This document shows positions 25,202 through 38,210 of a stretch of 64,000 nt of DNA, in pieces. The notes under the pieces were generated by a model. The model had not been told where the DNA came from and did not search any database. It saw only the letters and a list, made by a program, of their open reading frames with translations. Position numbers and translations under genes: made by a program. The stretch's first letter is position 1. Each line of letters begins with the position of its first letter. The DNA comes from Octopus vulgaris (taxonomy: Eukaryota), in NCBI GenBank assembly GCA_951406725.2, contig OX597833.1:19778001-19842000 (forward strand), given 5' to 3'.

Positions 25202-26401
25202 CCCCTTAATGGTTCAATTATTTTGACATGGTGTTTCATTTCAGAGCATATTTTTTTTATTCCTTTTTTTAGTTATATACACTATGTTAATTACAAAAAA
25301 GTTTTTTTTATCTTGTTTTCTTTATTTTTTATTATAGAAATTAAAATGTACTTTTACTCATTTGGATTTAAACGAGTTAACTCAGACATTGAAAAAATAC
25401 ATATAATTTAACTATCTTCGATTTTTTATAAGATGTAAAAGCACCGTCCGTTCGTGGCTGTTTGCCAGCTCTGTCTGGCCCCGTGTCGGTGGCACGTAAA
25501 AGCACCATCCGTTCGTGTCCGTTGCCAGCATTGCCTGGCCCCGTGCCGGTGACACGTAAAAGCACCATCCGTTCGTGGCCGTTTGCCAGCTCTGTCTGGC
25601 ACCTGTGCAGGTGGCACGTAAAAAACACCCACTACACTCTCGGAGTGGTTGGCGTTAGGAAGGGCATCCAGCCATAGAAACACTGCCAGATCTGACTGGG
25701 CCTGACGAAGCCTTCCAGCTTCACAGACCCCAGTTGACCCGTCCAACCCATGCTAGCATGGAAAGCGGACGCTAAATGATGATGATGATGATGTATTGCT
25801 TTTAAATCAAAGGAAAATTTTTTTTAAATGAGATAGACAGTTTATTTGGAATGATAATTTTTAAAACAAAGAGTTACACACAAAGTTACCTTGCAGACAT
25901 CACACATGTATCTGCTTTCTCTTCGAATCTTCTTTCCTTTAGCTTCTCTCTTCTCTGCGCATTTTGCACACTGTCTTGTTCTATTTCTTATCACTTATTG
26001 GTATTTCCATGGGAAAGTGACCAGCTGGGGCAAATCTTGTTGGATGTGGGGTCGATGATGGTCTTCCTGGTTACGTAGGAGACCATAAGGGCCTATATTT
26101 TTCAATAATCTTGGTGATTATTTGCATTCTAAATTTCAGTGGTTTTATAGCAGAAACAAGTTTCCAAAGATGCTTCATATAAAACATAAGCATTCCAGAT
26201 AGCCAACTCCATCAAATGAAAAAATACTTTTTTTTTTAAACAATGTGAGTAAATTCGTGATTGCTCAAAAATGAAACGACACAAAACAAATAAACTCGTT
26301 TGAGTGCTAAAATTAAGTTAATTTTGACCAAGTATACTTGTCTGGTTCTAAAAGGATACATTTGCGATGCACGTGTAAACTTGAGATAATCCGTTAAGGG
26401 G
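25202..26401 (-). mobile_element. Internally deleted piggyBac element
   Basis: TTAA-ccccttaatgg ... ccgttaagggg-TTAA; remnants FFHLMELAIWNAYVLY and RRESRYMCDVCKVTLCVTLCFKNYH (piggyBac cysteine-rich tail) at ~25850-26230. Confidence 0.85.
25433..25793 (+). mobile_element. RTE 3' UTR copy nested in the piggyBac
   Basis: Three aaaagcacc(a/g)tccgttcgtg units, conserved 3' end and (GAT)n. Confidence 0.85.
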
Positions 26402-26854
26402 TTAAGCAAGACAGCTATCATTGTATAAAAGCATTTCACCCTTTAGCATTTAAACTAGACATGTTCAACCTGTTTTATGTTCAAACTGGTCAGATCTCGT
26501 CCCTCACACCTACCTTTCAATGTCATTCTAAAAAAACTATCTCATCATCAAAATCTCAAAGCTATGAGATAATGCATGATTAACTCAAAACAATGTGAAT
26601 AAATAAGCATTAGATTTAAGAGAATAATCTGAACAATATAGGATTAAATATGTCATAGTATAAGAGGATATTTAAATATTGTAGCTTTACATTCTGAGAT
26701 GTGGTTAGAGTGTCAGGCTCACAATTACGAGGTAGTAAAGTTGGATTGCCAGACCAAGCTGTGTTGTTTTCTTGAGCAAGGCATTTTATTTCATGTGGAA
26801 TGATTTATTATTTTTATAAGAAACAGTTTATAAGAAAAGGTTTTTTTTTTTATT

Positions 26855-27108
26855 CAACAGGCTCTATATGGTTATCATTGCTTTGAATACACATTGCAAT
26901 ACGTTTACCCCACCCATTGTGAACTCGTAATAGCACATCTGATGATATGTGTGCAGATGAGTTGGTGATGTGTTCCTTCAAATGATTTGTCTTTTATCTT
27001 TCCACGATACACCATGCCTTTCAAATGCCCCCAAAGATAGAAATCAAGAGGGTATCTTATAAAAAAGTAAATTTTTCCTATGTATGGAGACTTTTGAATC
27101 ACCCTGTA
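26855..27108 (-). mobile_element. Tc1/mariner remnant
   Basis: PLDFYLWGHLKGMVY; terminal acttttgaatcaccctg-TA. Confidence 0.7.
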
Positions 27109-28696
27109 GTATGTTCATATGTAGGAGCAACAAGGACCATCTAATTATCATTAAGGATGACTGATGACTTATGTAATTAAGAGGCGTTGCACACCATCAA
27201 CCTCACTCTCATCTGCAACCATCTCCAGTCCAGTGACAAGACAAGAGATGGTGATGGTTGTAGTGGATGACCAATATGTTTTGCTTGCCCTGTGTTGTTC
27301 CTTAATAATGCAGTACTCAGTAACCTTGGAGGAAAATTATATGGACAAATGATGTGTATACACCTAGATCCTGTCTTCTCCATGGAACCATAAAATTTTC
27401 TGCTGTCAAGTCCGCTGGAGCTAGTCACACTGAGTGATATTAAATTAAAGAAAAGAAGGGTGACTGATGGCTTAAAGTGGTGATTTTATTTAAAGTGAAG
27501 TAGAATTATGCTCCACCAGCATCACTCTCTTATCCACAACCATCTTCAATCCAGTGGCAAGACCAAGTCAACACAAGTGGGGATAGAGATGGATGCTGTG
27601 GATGACCAAGATGTCTCAACTTGTCTCATCTTACTCTCTGCATCCCATACTGCGTTGCTGCAGCCATCTTCCCCTTCATTGAACTACAAAGCTTTCTTTC
27701 GCAGAGTCTGCCAGATCCACCCTACACATACACAGATAGGTAAGACAAGCCCCAATATTCTAATTAACCCATAAGTGTGTCATTGAGAGGTGCTATTACT
27801 CCAGGACAGAATAGACCTGGGATCAGTAGTGGCTAAGAGATGGTTCCACACTCCTCATACCCTGGAACTCCTGAACAAGGACCCCACTACTGTTTTATTT
27901 TTTCTGTAAATGGAGAAGAGGCAAAAAAAAAACATTGAATACTTTTACAAAGAGCCTCATGAGTATAGGCCAGGATTGATCCTTTGTTAAAGAGGTTTGT
28001 GTGTTGCTGCGTCCATGTCTCTACCCACAAGACCATTGAGACAACAGCAATAGCTAATTTGAAAAGGATACATTTAAATCTATCAGACTAATGTAATCAA
28101 TAGCCAATCATTAGAATAGATTTAAATATCTCATATTTTGTGTAAGTAGTATTACTGGCCTTGTGGATAAGGGTGTTTGATGACAGACAAGACAGTGGGG
28201 TAGGTGAAGGTTTCAGTCTCAGGTAGGGATTGTGATATGATCTCATTTAGTTTTATCTTTCTCTGTAGATGTGTTAAAAAAGGAGAAGAAGAAAAAAAAC
28301 ACAATCAGTATAGGCCATGGACTAAGATTGATCCTTTGTCAAAGGGGTATATGTGTTGCTGTGTGTCTTTACCCACAGGACCATTGAGACAACAGCAAGA
28401 GCTAGTTTGAAAATGATATATTTAAATCTTATATAGCTATTTGATGTGGTGGTGTTCATGTTTTTCTGTGACTTTAGTAATATTTGAGGGGAGAATGTGA
28501 AATGCTCCAGAACACAGCATGCTACCTGATTCAGGAATTGATCTCACAGCCTTAATGATTATAAGCTGAACACCCTAACCACAAGGCCATGCACTTTCAT
28601 GGCAAAGTCACTAGAGTGATGGGTTGATTTCCATTTATATCCTGGGTTCAAGTCCAGCTTAGCCTTTCATTCTTCTGGGGTCAATAAAATTAAGTA

Positions 28697-29674
28697 TGGG
28701 CCGTGACTGCTGAGGACATGCATAAGCTCGCAAGGAATGAATCCAGTATGATCCGATGGATGTGTAATGTCAGTATGCATATTCAACAGAGTGTAAGTAC
28801 CTTGAGAGAAAAGTTGGACCTAAGAAGCGTCAGATGTAGTGTGAAAGAGAGACGACTGCACTGGTATGGTCATGTGGTGAGAATGGATGAGATTAGCTGT
28901 GTGAAAAAGTGCCACACCCTAGCGGTTGAGGGAACATGTGTAAGAGGTAGAACCAGGAAGACATGGGATGAAGTGGTGACACATGACTTTTGAATATTGG
29001 GCCTCACCAAGACTATGACTAGTGACCGAGACTTTTGGAAATATGCTGTGCTTGAGAAGACGTGGCAAGCCAAATGAGACAATAACCTCGTGGCCTATGC
29101 CAAGGGTGTAACCAGCCCACTTATGCGTACCTTTCCTTCATTGGACACTAAACTCTGCTTGCAAAACCTGTTGAGGCAAGTGAAATTGAAAGTGAAATCA
29201 AATTCGATGACTGGCATCCATGCTAGTGGAGCGCGAAGGGCACCATCCAAGCGTAATTGTTGCCAGAGCGGCTAACTGGCTTCCATGCTAGTGGCACGTA
29301 AAATTTGAGCGTGATCATTACCAGTGTCACCTTACTAGCACTTGTGCTGGTGGCACGTGAAAAAAAAAATTCAAGCGAGGTCGTTGCCAGTGTCACTGGA
29401 CTGGCTCTTGTGCAGGTAGCACATAAAAAACACCATTTGAGTGTGGCCATTGCCAGTACCACCTAACTGGCCCTCATGTCAGTGACATGTAAAGGCACCC
29501 ACTACACTCTCGGAGTGGTTGGCGTTAGGAAGGGCATCCAGCTGTAGAAACTCTGCCAGATCAAGATTGGAGCCTGGTGCAGCCATCTGGTTCGCCAGTC
29601 CTCAATCAAATCGTCCAACCCATGCTAGCATGGAAAGCAGAAGTTAAACGATGATGATGATGATAATGATGATG
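28697..29674 (+). mobile_element. 5'-truncated RTE LINE
   Basis: AVTAEDMHKLARNESSMIRWMC..KTWDEVV, 3' UTR and (GAT)n tail. Confidence 0.9.
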
Positions 29675-30049
29675 CTCCAGTTCACTCAGCTGTAGAAATG
29701 AGTTGCAAAGTCACTGGTACCAAGCTGTACTGGCCTTTGCCTTTCCTTTGGATAACATTGGCAGCACAGAGTGGGGAGGCTGGTATGAATGGGTGACTAT
29801 TGGTCTTCCATAAAAAACAACCTTGCTTGGACTTGTGTCTCAGAGGGTGACTTTTTAGGTGCAGTTCCATGGTCATTCATGACCAAAGGAGATCTCTTTT
29901 TACTTTGTTCTGAAATCAAATCTCACTGAAGTGATCTTTGTTTTCTATCTTTCTGGCATTGATAAAAATAAATATCAGTTGACAACTGGTATTAATTGAA
30001 TCAGTCTCACCAGTCCCCTAAATTTCAGGCCTTGTGTCTATTAAACAAC

Positions 30050-30397
30050 AGTGTGATACCAGTGCCGGTGGCACATAAGAGAACCATCCGAATGTGGCTG
30101 TTGCCAGCACCGCCCCACCTGGCCTCCCACGTAAAAAGCACCATCTGATGTGGCACGTAAAAAGCACCATCCAATCGTGGCTGTTTGCCAGCCTCGTCTG
30201 GCACCTGTGCAGGTGGCACGTAAAAAGCCTCCACTACACTCACGGAGTGGTTGGCGTTAGGAAGGGCATCCAGCTGTAGAAACACTGCCAGATCAGACTG
30301 GGCCTGGCGTAGCCTACTGGCTTCCCAGACCCCAGTTGAACTGTCCAACCCATGCTAGCATGGAAAACGGACGTTAAACGATGATGATGATGATGAT
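30050..30397 (+). mobile_element. RTE 3' UTR copy
   Basis: Same conserved 3' end and (GAT)n tail. Confidence 0.85.
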
Positions 30398-31451
30398 TAT
30401 ATAGAATGTTATGCCCTCAGGGTACCAAATCACCTCCATCTTTCCTGGTATTCCCATATACTATTATATAATGCACAATAGCCATGTATCTCCCCTACAG
30501 CGAGACACCTGTTCCTTGCCCCTCGATCATACAGCAGCTTCTCAATACCTGGCATAAAGCCATTCCCACTCTCTACTACACACTCACATTTTTTTTTCTG
30601 GCAAGTTACTTGGCAACCTTAGGAGTGCCAGTGCTATAAAGAAAGCAGCCAATACACTTTGTAAAGTTGTTGGTATTAGGAAGAGCATCCAACTGAAGAA
30701 ACATTGCCAAACAAGGCATTAGAACTTGACCAGTCCTCTGGCTCATCAGATCATGCTGGACAGCCCCACCCCCCCATACTAGCACGGAAGACGGACATTA
30801 TATAATGATGTTGATAGTGATGATGGTAAACTCTTAGTGAGTTGAACTTTGCTTTCGTGTGTTCAGTTCAATAAGTTACATCCCCACCTTCACCTCACTT
30901 TACAAAAATTGTATCTGTGCCTCAATAAAATCAATATTGTATTTTCCTATCAGAGCCGTTATTCCCAAAGTCCCTTACAAATTCAATCAATCTATTACAT
31001 ATCTATAAACATACACTGTCTTGCAGTGAAAATTGTTTTGTTTAAGGACCTTAATTAATTAGAAAATGTGATGAGTACATGCATGTTTCCCCTCTCAGAT
31101 TCACACACTTATTGCAGTGGTCCTTCAGTTTTTCTAAGCCCTGTAAAAGAACTCGGAAGGCTGGGTCTCCAATGAGGCCTCTTGTAATACACTTAAAGCC
31201 AAGAACTTTTTGGTACCCCTTCATATTGTTGCAATGTTATTATTAGTCCAAACATGCTTGATGCATGTTCGAACTGGGGAACAAGCTATTTTCTGTGTTT
31301 TATTAAGGAGAATATATCTCGCTTGTTGACAAATGGTATGTATACACCTAGATCAGCTTGCAGTGCCAGCTACCTGGACTGTGAGATGCTAGCATTTTGG
31401 AGCAGTTATCTCATTGGTCACAGACACTAACCAGACAACACTCCAAGTTAA

Positions 31452-31672
31452 CCCTTTCGTTACCAACCCGGCCAAAACCGGCTCTGGCTCTGTAGTACAA
31501 ATGTCTTGTTTTCATGAGCTTTGAATTAAAATCTTCCACCAAACCTTAGTCACAATTTATGTTCCTAACACTAGCTTAACGATAACCAAGTTATTTTACT
31601 GAATTCTTTGTTATATTTAAAATAATTGAAGGAAACACACAGCATCTCAAAATAAATACAGTAACGAAAGGG
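31452..31672. mobile_element. piggyBac-type MITE
   Basis: TTAA-ccctttcgttac ... gtaacgaaaggg-TTAA; perfect 12-bp TIRs. Confidence 0.88.
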
Positions 31673-31909
31673 TTAAGACATTACTTCTCTTGTGTTTTTC
31701 CAGTCATCGTACAATGACTGCCAGTGCTATAGGTGGCTCACCATAAGTAAATTACGAGGTGGGAGGGGGGCGCTAAGCAATGATAAGTGAAATATGCTTG
31801 ATGCACATTCGAACATATTGTACATGTTTCTGAGTGTAATTTATAATTAACCTTTGCTTTCCACCCCCATACACACACCTCATACATACACCAAAGCTAC
31901 TCTGCATAC

Positions 31910-32289
31910 TTACTTGTTTGTCATTTGACTGTGGTCACGCTGGAGCACCGCCTTTAGTCGAGCAAATCAACCCCAGGACTTTGTTCTTTGTAAGCCCAGT
32001 ACTTATTCTATCGATCTCTTTTGCCGAACCGCTAAGTTATGGGGACGTAAACACACCAGCATCGGTTGTCAAGCGATGTTGGCGGGGACAAATACAGACA
32101 CACAAACATATACATATATATACATATATACGACAGGCTTCTTTCAGTTTCCGTCTACCAAATCCAATCACAAGGCTTTGGTCGGTCCGAGGCTATAGTA
32201 GAAGACACTTGCCCAAGGTGCCATGCAGTAGGACTGAACTCAGAACCATGTGGTTTGTAAGCAAGGTACTTACCACACAGCCACTCCTA
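31910..32289 (-). mobile_element. SINE family A
   Basis: Colinear with the other copies. Confidence 0.85.
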
Positions 32290-32945
32290 CAAATGGCTTA
32301 TGTACTTAAATCATTTAGTATATAAATCTGCTATTTTCAGGCCTATAGAGAAAACTAAGTCTAAATACTAATTCAAAACACTAATTCAGTGCTGCAATTT
32401 CAAACAGCCATTCAGTGTTAGATAATAGGCTGGATAATATTTGCAGACATAAATAATTAATGTTATTAACCAAAAATTTTGCTTAATGACTATTTAATTT
32501 CCTACTTGCATAGCAGATATTGTTTACATACTGTTGTTAATTGTACAATTAACCTCAATGGAGTTAATTCTGTCCTTAACAGTTAACAGGTACAGGGGAA
32601 GATTTCCAGCATCTAGTGCTAAATTCAAATCATCTCGAAGAAGGATGGTGTCTACCAAACTAACTTTCCACAGATAAACTGCCAACAAAAGGGCCTCTAT
32701 CTAGCCATTTGTCTTGCTAGAAATAGTTATCAAATCTCACTTAAATCAGACCCTACCGTTTAAAAAAAAAATTTAAGAACACTTTTTGATAATGTTCTGA
32801 AGGTCTGGAAATTAAGATGTGATGGCCTTGACTTGAACATTTTGAAGATTGTGGGTTCAAGTCTCATCAGGGTCGATAGTCAAAGATATAATTTTCCTCA
32901 CTTATGATATATATCTTACCCTATTCTACTCAGAGCTTTATTTTA

Positions 32946-33362
32946 GGTGCAGGAGTGGCTGTGTGGTAAGTAGCTTGCTTACCAACCAGATGGTTCCAGG
33001 TTCAGTCCCACTGTGTGGCACCTTGGGCAAGTGTCTTCTACTATAGCCTTGGGCCGACCAAAGCCTTGTGAGTGGATTTGGTAGACAGAAACTGAAAGAA
33101 GCCTGTTGTATCTATGTGTATATATATGTGTGTGTGTGTGTATGTTTGTGTGTCTGTGTTTGTCCCCCCAACATCGCTTGACAACTGATGCTGGTGTATT
33201 TACATCCCCATAACTTAGCAGTTTGGCATAAGAGACCAATAGAATAAGTACTAGGCTTACAAAGAATAAGTCCTGGGGTTGATTTGCTCAACTAAAGGCG
33301 GTGCTCCAACATGGCCACAGTCAAATGACTGAAACAAGTAAAAGAAAAGAAAGAAAGAAAGA
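32946..33362 (+). mobile_element. SINE family A
   Basis: Head to tail colinear with the other copies. Confidence 0.87.
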
Positions 33363-34242
33363 ATATTCAAGCTAATTATGACTCATTCCATATGCTAATT
33401 ACAATCATTTTGAAATGAGTTATATTCTGGGTGCAGAAGTGACACCATGTTGTTTTTAGTGAGAAACTCATGAATGAAGAGAAGTGTCAGGGTTCATTAT
33501 TGTCAAGTTGAACATAAACAAACAAGCATACATTTAATTACTTATCAGTATTTTTCCCATGGCCTACTTTTTAGTAACAACCCCATAACATATAGAAATA
33601 AACAAATTTATTGCTATTGCAGTGTTTTGCAATAAAAAATATAACAAACTGTTTTGAATATATACATTAAAAAATACATTTATTTGTTTATTTACTTTTT
33701 CTATTTATATTTAACAACAAAAATGAACTACAAAATTCTAGAAATTGTTTAACTGCTTCAGACCAAGTCAAAAAAAAAAAGCACATTAAAATCTTTTTAT
33801 TTTTTAAGTCACTGATAGTTGATAAACAGCTTTAAGTTTTAGCTTTCGCTTCAGATTTTAAGAGAGTATGACTCACCCCAGACAACAACTTTAAATAAGA
33901 ATTCTTGAAGAATCAACAAATTTCTAGTTTCTGTTTAATATACCACATGGAGAATTTTGAGATTTTATCTTTCTCAGATATTCACATATCAGCTTCTATA
34001 ATAGTGTTGTGTTGTCTCTCTTCTCTGTCTTATCTTTGGAATTTATTTCGTACGAGCAGTTTCTTTGGTTTCTGTTGGGTAGGGTTTTCTAATGGCAGCA
34101 AATTTAGTATGTTGTTTTTAATTGAATTTGAATATAATATATATATTTATAATTAATACACATGTCTTTGTATATGTAAAATCCATGTGTGTGTTTTATA
34201 TAAATATATATATGCAATCCCTGTGTGTGTTTTATATAAATA

Positions 34243-35095
34243 TTGTGTTGAGTGAAAAGCTTTGCAATATTGAAGTTACAACAAAAGCAGCCGAGCATTC
34301 AAAGTGGTGGCCATCATGTTGCACCTTCTGAAGCCACTTCTCTACCAGTTCTTGTCCCTTGAGGTAAAGTACTCCTTCACTTAAACTTCCACTTCCTCTT
34401 GGTTGATGAAGTGTTGCAAGCACAGGACATGAGCCATAGATTGGAGCAAGTAATAACCCAAGGGAGCTAGGTCATGTCTATATACTGGATGTGACATCAG
34501 TTCAATTCCTCTAAGTTCCTGGAGTTTATTTCAGGTTGTTTGAATGGTATGAAGCCTTGTGCAGAAGAGCTCACTTTCTGTTAACCAATGCTGGCTATTT
34601 TTGTCACACAGAAGCATACATCTGTGCCAGCTGTTCATAGTACAGGTTGGTAGCCAGCTGTTCATAGTACAGGTTGGTATCAATGGTTCAAGTTCGGAAC
34701 AAACTTGTAGCGAATTATCCCCTCATAATTCTATCAGACAAGGAGCATCACCTTCTGTTTGAAATGCTCGTGTTTGGTGAAAGGTTCTGGAAGCTGTCCT
34801 TTGCTTGACCACTGCTTATGCATATTAGGATTGCAGGAAAAATATCTCCCTTGGATTATTGCTTGCTCTGATCCATGGCTCACCTCCTTTCCTCATGATG
34901 TTCCATTGTCAAAGAGTTTTTCACCTTGAATGACAAGAACTGGTACCAGCCTGGAATCAAAGAACTGGCAGAAAGGCGGCTTCAGACAGTGCAACACGGT
35001 GGTCTCTACTATGAATGCTAGGCTGCTTTTGTAGTAACTTGGTGAATAAAGCAATTAAGTTACGAAGATATTGCTAAACTTTTGACTCAATACAA
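34243..35095. mobile_element. Degenerate mariner derivative with ~120-bp inverted ends
   Basis: TA-ttgtgttgagtgaaaagctttgcaatat ... atattgctaaacttttgactcaatacaa-TA; KVML..NYEGII remnant on the minus strand. Confidence 0.72.
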
Positions 35096-35138
35096 TATAT
35101 ATATAATCCGTGTATGTGTTTTTATATCTATCTATCTA

Positions 35139-35184
<46 letters not shown>

Positions 35185-35521
35185 TTAATAATTAGGCTTC
35201 AGCAAAGATTTGCTTTACCACATACCGAAGTTAAGAAATAACAGCCAAAAAATGTTAGCTATTTCTTCTACTTTACAAAGGGACTCCCAGAAAACCAAAA
35301 AGTATTTTGGTTTTCTGGGAATCCCTTTTTGAAATAGAAGAAATAGCTAACGTTTTTTGGCTGCTATTTCTAAACTTCGGTATGTGGTAAAGCAAATCTT
35401 TGCTGAACCCTAATTATTAAGTATTACTTAAGTTTACCATGAAATGGTCCTTTTTTCATGCCAAATTCTACTTGGTGAAATTATTGATTACTTCTTAATT
35501 AATTAATTTTACCCTTTGTTA
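35185..35521. repeat. Foldback (arms 35185-35300 / 35305-35420) plus tail, between (TA)n tracts
   Basis: Imperfect ~115-bp inverted arms with a 4-nt loop. Confidence 0.88.
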
Positions 35522-35618
35522 TTATATATATATATATATATGTGTATATATATATATATACACATAATGCATGTTGTATTGATGTGCAAATCTCTTATTC
35601 AACATTGAAAATGTAGCT

Positions 35619-35706
35619 TCAGAGATACTTTGCTACTGCTTCAAACCGTTTCAGGCGTTGTTTGTTAGCTTTTAGAATTCCTTTTATAGTGTCATCAAAG
35701 AAAATG
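35619..35706 (-). CDS. LRRC74-like probable terminal coding exon
   Basis: Long T-tract + cacAG acceptor; (C)IFFDDTIKGILKANKQRLKRFEAVAKYL*; phase 2 matches the upstream exon; TGA at 35621-35619. Confidence 0.7.
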
Positions 35707-35856
35707 CTGTGATGGAAATAAAAAAAAAAGAATAAAAAAAAAACAGAAGTGTGAGAATAATATGCAGAAGGACTTGCTTTCATGGTTGACTGCAAGCAAA
35801 TGGACATCATTATTGTTTACAATAACAGTGAATACCCATAATAAAATAATAAACGT

Positions 35857-36100
35857 GCCCTTTTTAAAGCCTAGCCAGGCTCATGGGCCCGGTTTCCCAG
35901 TTTTTATGGCGTATGTGTTCCCCAGCTGGACGGGACGCCAGTCTATCGCAGTGTTGCTCATTCTTGCCAGCTGAGTGGACTGGAGCAACGTGAAACGAAG
36001 TGTTTTGCTCAAGAACACAACACGTCGCCCGGTCCAGGAATCAAAACCACAATCTTACAATCATGATGCTGACACTCTAACCACTAAGCCACGCGCCTCC
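35857..36100 (-). mobile_element. tRNA-derived SINE (family C-like head)
   Basis: Homologous to 58858-59095. Confidence 0.75.
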
Positions 36101-36336
36101 ACGAATACCCATGAAGATGAGGGAAATATGAACATATATATACACACATACATTCATACATACATATAATGATAGGCTCCTCTTAGTCACTTTCTGTCTA
36201 CCATATCCACTCACAACCCAGAGCTATAGTAGAAGACACTTTCCCAAGGTGCCACACATTGGGACTAAACTCAAAACCACATGGCGGGGACATGAGCTTA
36301 AAACAAACCCATGCCTGCACCTATATATACATATAA

Positions 36337-36568
36337 TGGTGGCGAGCTGGCAGAAACGTTAGCACACCGGGCAAAATGGGTTGCCGTATTTCGTCTGCCG
36401 TTACGTTCCGAGTTAAAATTCTGCCGAGGTCGACTTTGCCTTTCATCCTTCCGGGGTCGATAAATTAAGTACCAGTTACGCACTGGGGTCGATGTAATCG
36501 ACTTAATCCCTTTGTCTGTCCTTGTTTGTCTCCTCTGTGTTTAACCCCTTGTGGGTAGTAAAGAAATA
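36337..36568 (+). mobile_element. tRNA-derived SINE family B, full length
   Basis: ggcgagctggcagaaacgttagcac..gaggtcgactttgcc..gggtagtaaagaaata. Confidence 0.82.
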
Positions 36569-37404
36569 TATATATACATATATGTACATATACAAATATA
36601 ACAGAGGGTCCACTATGTGGACGCTCTTGCGCTAAAAATAAATCCGCAATGGTCTCAACCACCAAGAATTGTTCCCAAGGAGAATTAGCACAATGATGGG
36701 TACTCTCAGTTTATATATACCAAATTCACTCAAAAGGCTTTGGTAGGCCCAAGGCTATATAGTAGAAGACACTTGCTGAAGGGGCCCTCCACAAGGTCAC
36801 CTTTGGCAAGGTCTGCATTTCTATCTTTAACCATATACGTACGTCTAAAAACGTCATGATATATATATACATATGTATATATATATATATCATAAAAAAG
36901 TATCAAAGGTCGTTCCTGTGCTATAAGGTCATAAGGCCAATTTCTCAGAGTCTGTGGCATATATATTCCCCACTGGATGGGTCTCTGGTTTGTTGCAGAA
37001 TTACTCATTTTTTGCCAGCTGAATGAATTGGAACTGCGTGAAATGAAGTATGTTACTCAAGAACACAACTCATCACCCAGACCTGGAATTGAAACTGAAA
37101 TCTTACAACAAACACATGTATGATTATATACAGCATTTAACAGCTTGCCTAACCAGCAAGAATGCTAAAACAATACAAAAAACATTGTGACAAATGATGT
37201 GTAACAACATCTGATAAACTGGTTGGTCATGTGATCACGTGATTTCCAACAGGCTTCCATACACTTTCCCTCTACAAAGTTCACTCATAGAAGATACTTG
37301 CCCAAGATGCTGTGCAGTGTGACTGAACCTGAAACGATGTGGTTGCAAAGCGATCTCAGCCAAACAGCATGATTTAAAAAAAAATTTTTTGTGGTAGACA
37401 GTAT

Positions 37405-38028
37405 AGGCGCAGGAGTGGCTGTGTGGTAAGTAGCTTGCTTACCAACCACATGGTTCTGGGTTCAGTCCCACTGCGTGGCACCTTGGGCAAGTGTCTTCTA
37501 CTATAGCCTCGGGCTGACCAAAGCCTTGTGAGTGGATATGGTAGATAGAAACTGAAAGAAGCCCGTCGTATATATGTGGTTAATCCAAACAAGAAAGCAC
37601 AAAAAAACACAACACGAGGACGTGGAACAAATATAGTATTATTGGACGCTCAGTAAAGAAGGAGGGTTTAACGTTTCGAGCGGAGCTCTTCGTCGGAAAC
37701 ATAGGAGAAGGAAAGATTCAGAGAAGGGAAGACAGAGGAAAAACAAATCGCCAACGGTACACACGAGGTCACATATCTATATATATATGTATGTGTGTGT
37801 ATATGTTTGTGTGTCTGTGTTTGTCCCCCCAACATCGCTTGGCAAGTAATTCTGGTGTGTCTATGTCCCCGTAACTTAGCATTTCGGCAGAAGAGACCGA
37901 TAGAATAAGTACTAGGCTTACAAAGAATAAGTCCTGGGATTGATTTGCTCGACTAAAGGCGGTGCTCCAGCATGGCCGCAGTCAAGTGACTGAAACAAGT
38001 AAAAGAGTAAAAAGAGTAAAGAGAGTAA
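37405..38028 (+). mobile_element. SINE family A with a Penelope-like fragment (37578-37773, - strand) in its TA tract
   Basis: The insert is the reverse complement homolog of 22885-23090. Confidence 0.85.
37666..37700 (-). ncRNA. Minimal hammerhead motif with a U4C core substitution
   Basis: GUUU-CCGACGA-A-GAGC ucc GCUC-GAAACGUU-AAAC. Confidence 0.6.
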
Positions 38029-38070
38029 GACTTTGCAGTCTGTCCAAACTGTAAATAAACTGTTATTATT

Positions 38071-38210
38071 ATCATAATTACGTCAGAGCTGACCTTGAGC
38101 TGTCAACGTCAGCTCTGACATAATGATGATGTATGAAGCTTATTATATAACAGTCATTATGTCAGAGCTGACCTTGATAGCTCAAGGTTAGTTCTGACGT
38201 AATTATTGAT
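38071..38210. repeat. Nested palindrome (inverted pair of hairpins)
   Basis: Arms 38071-38126 and 38154-38210 are each self-complementary and are reverse complements of each other. Confidence 0.85.
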
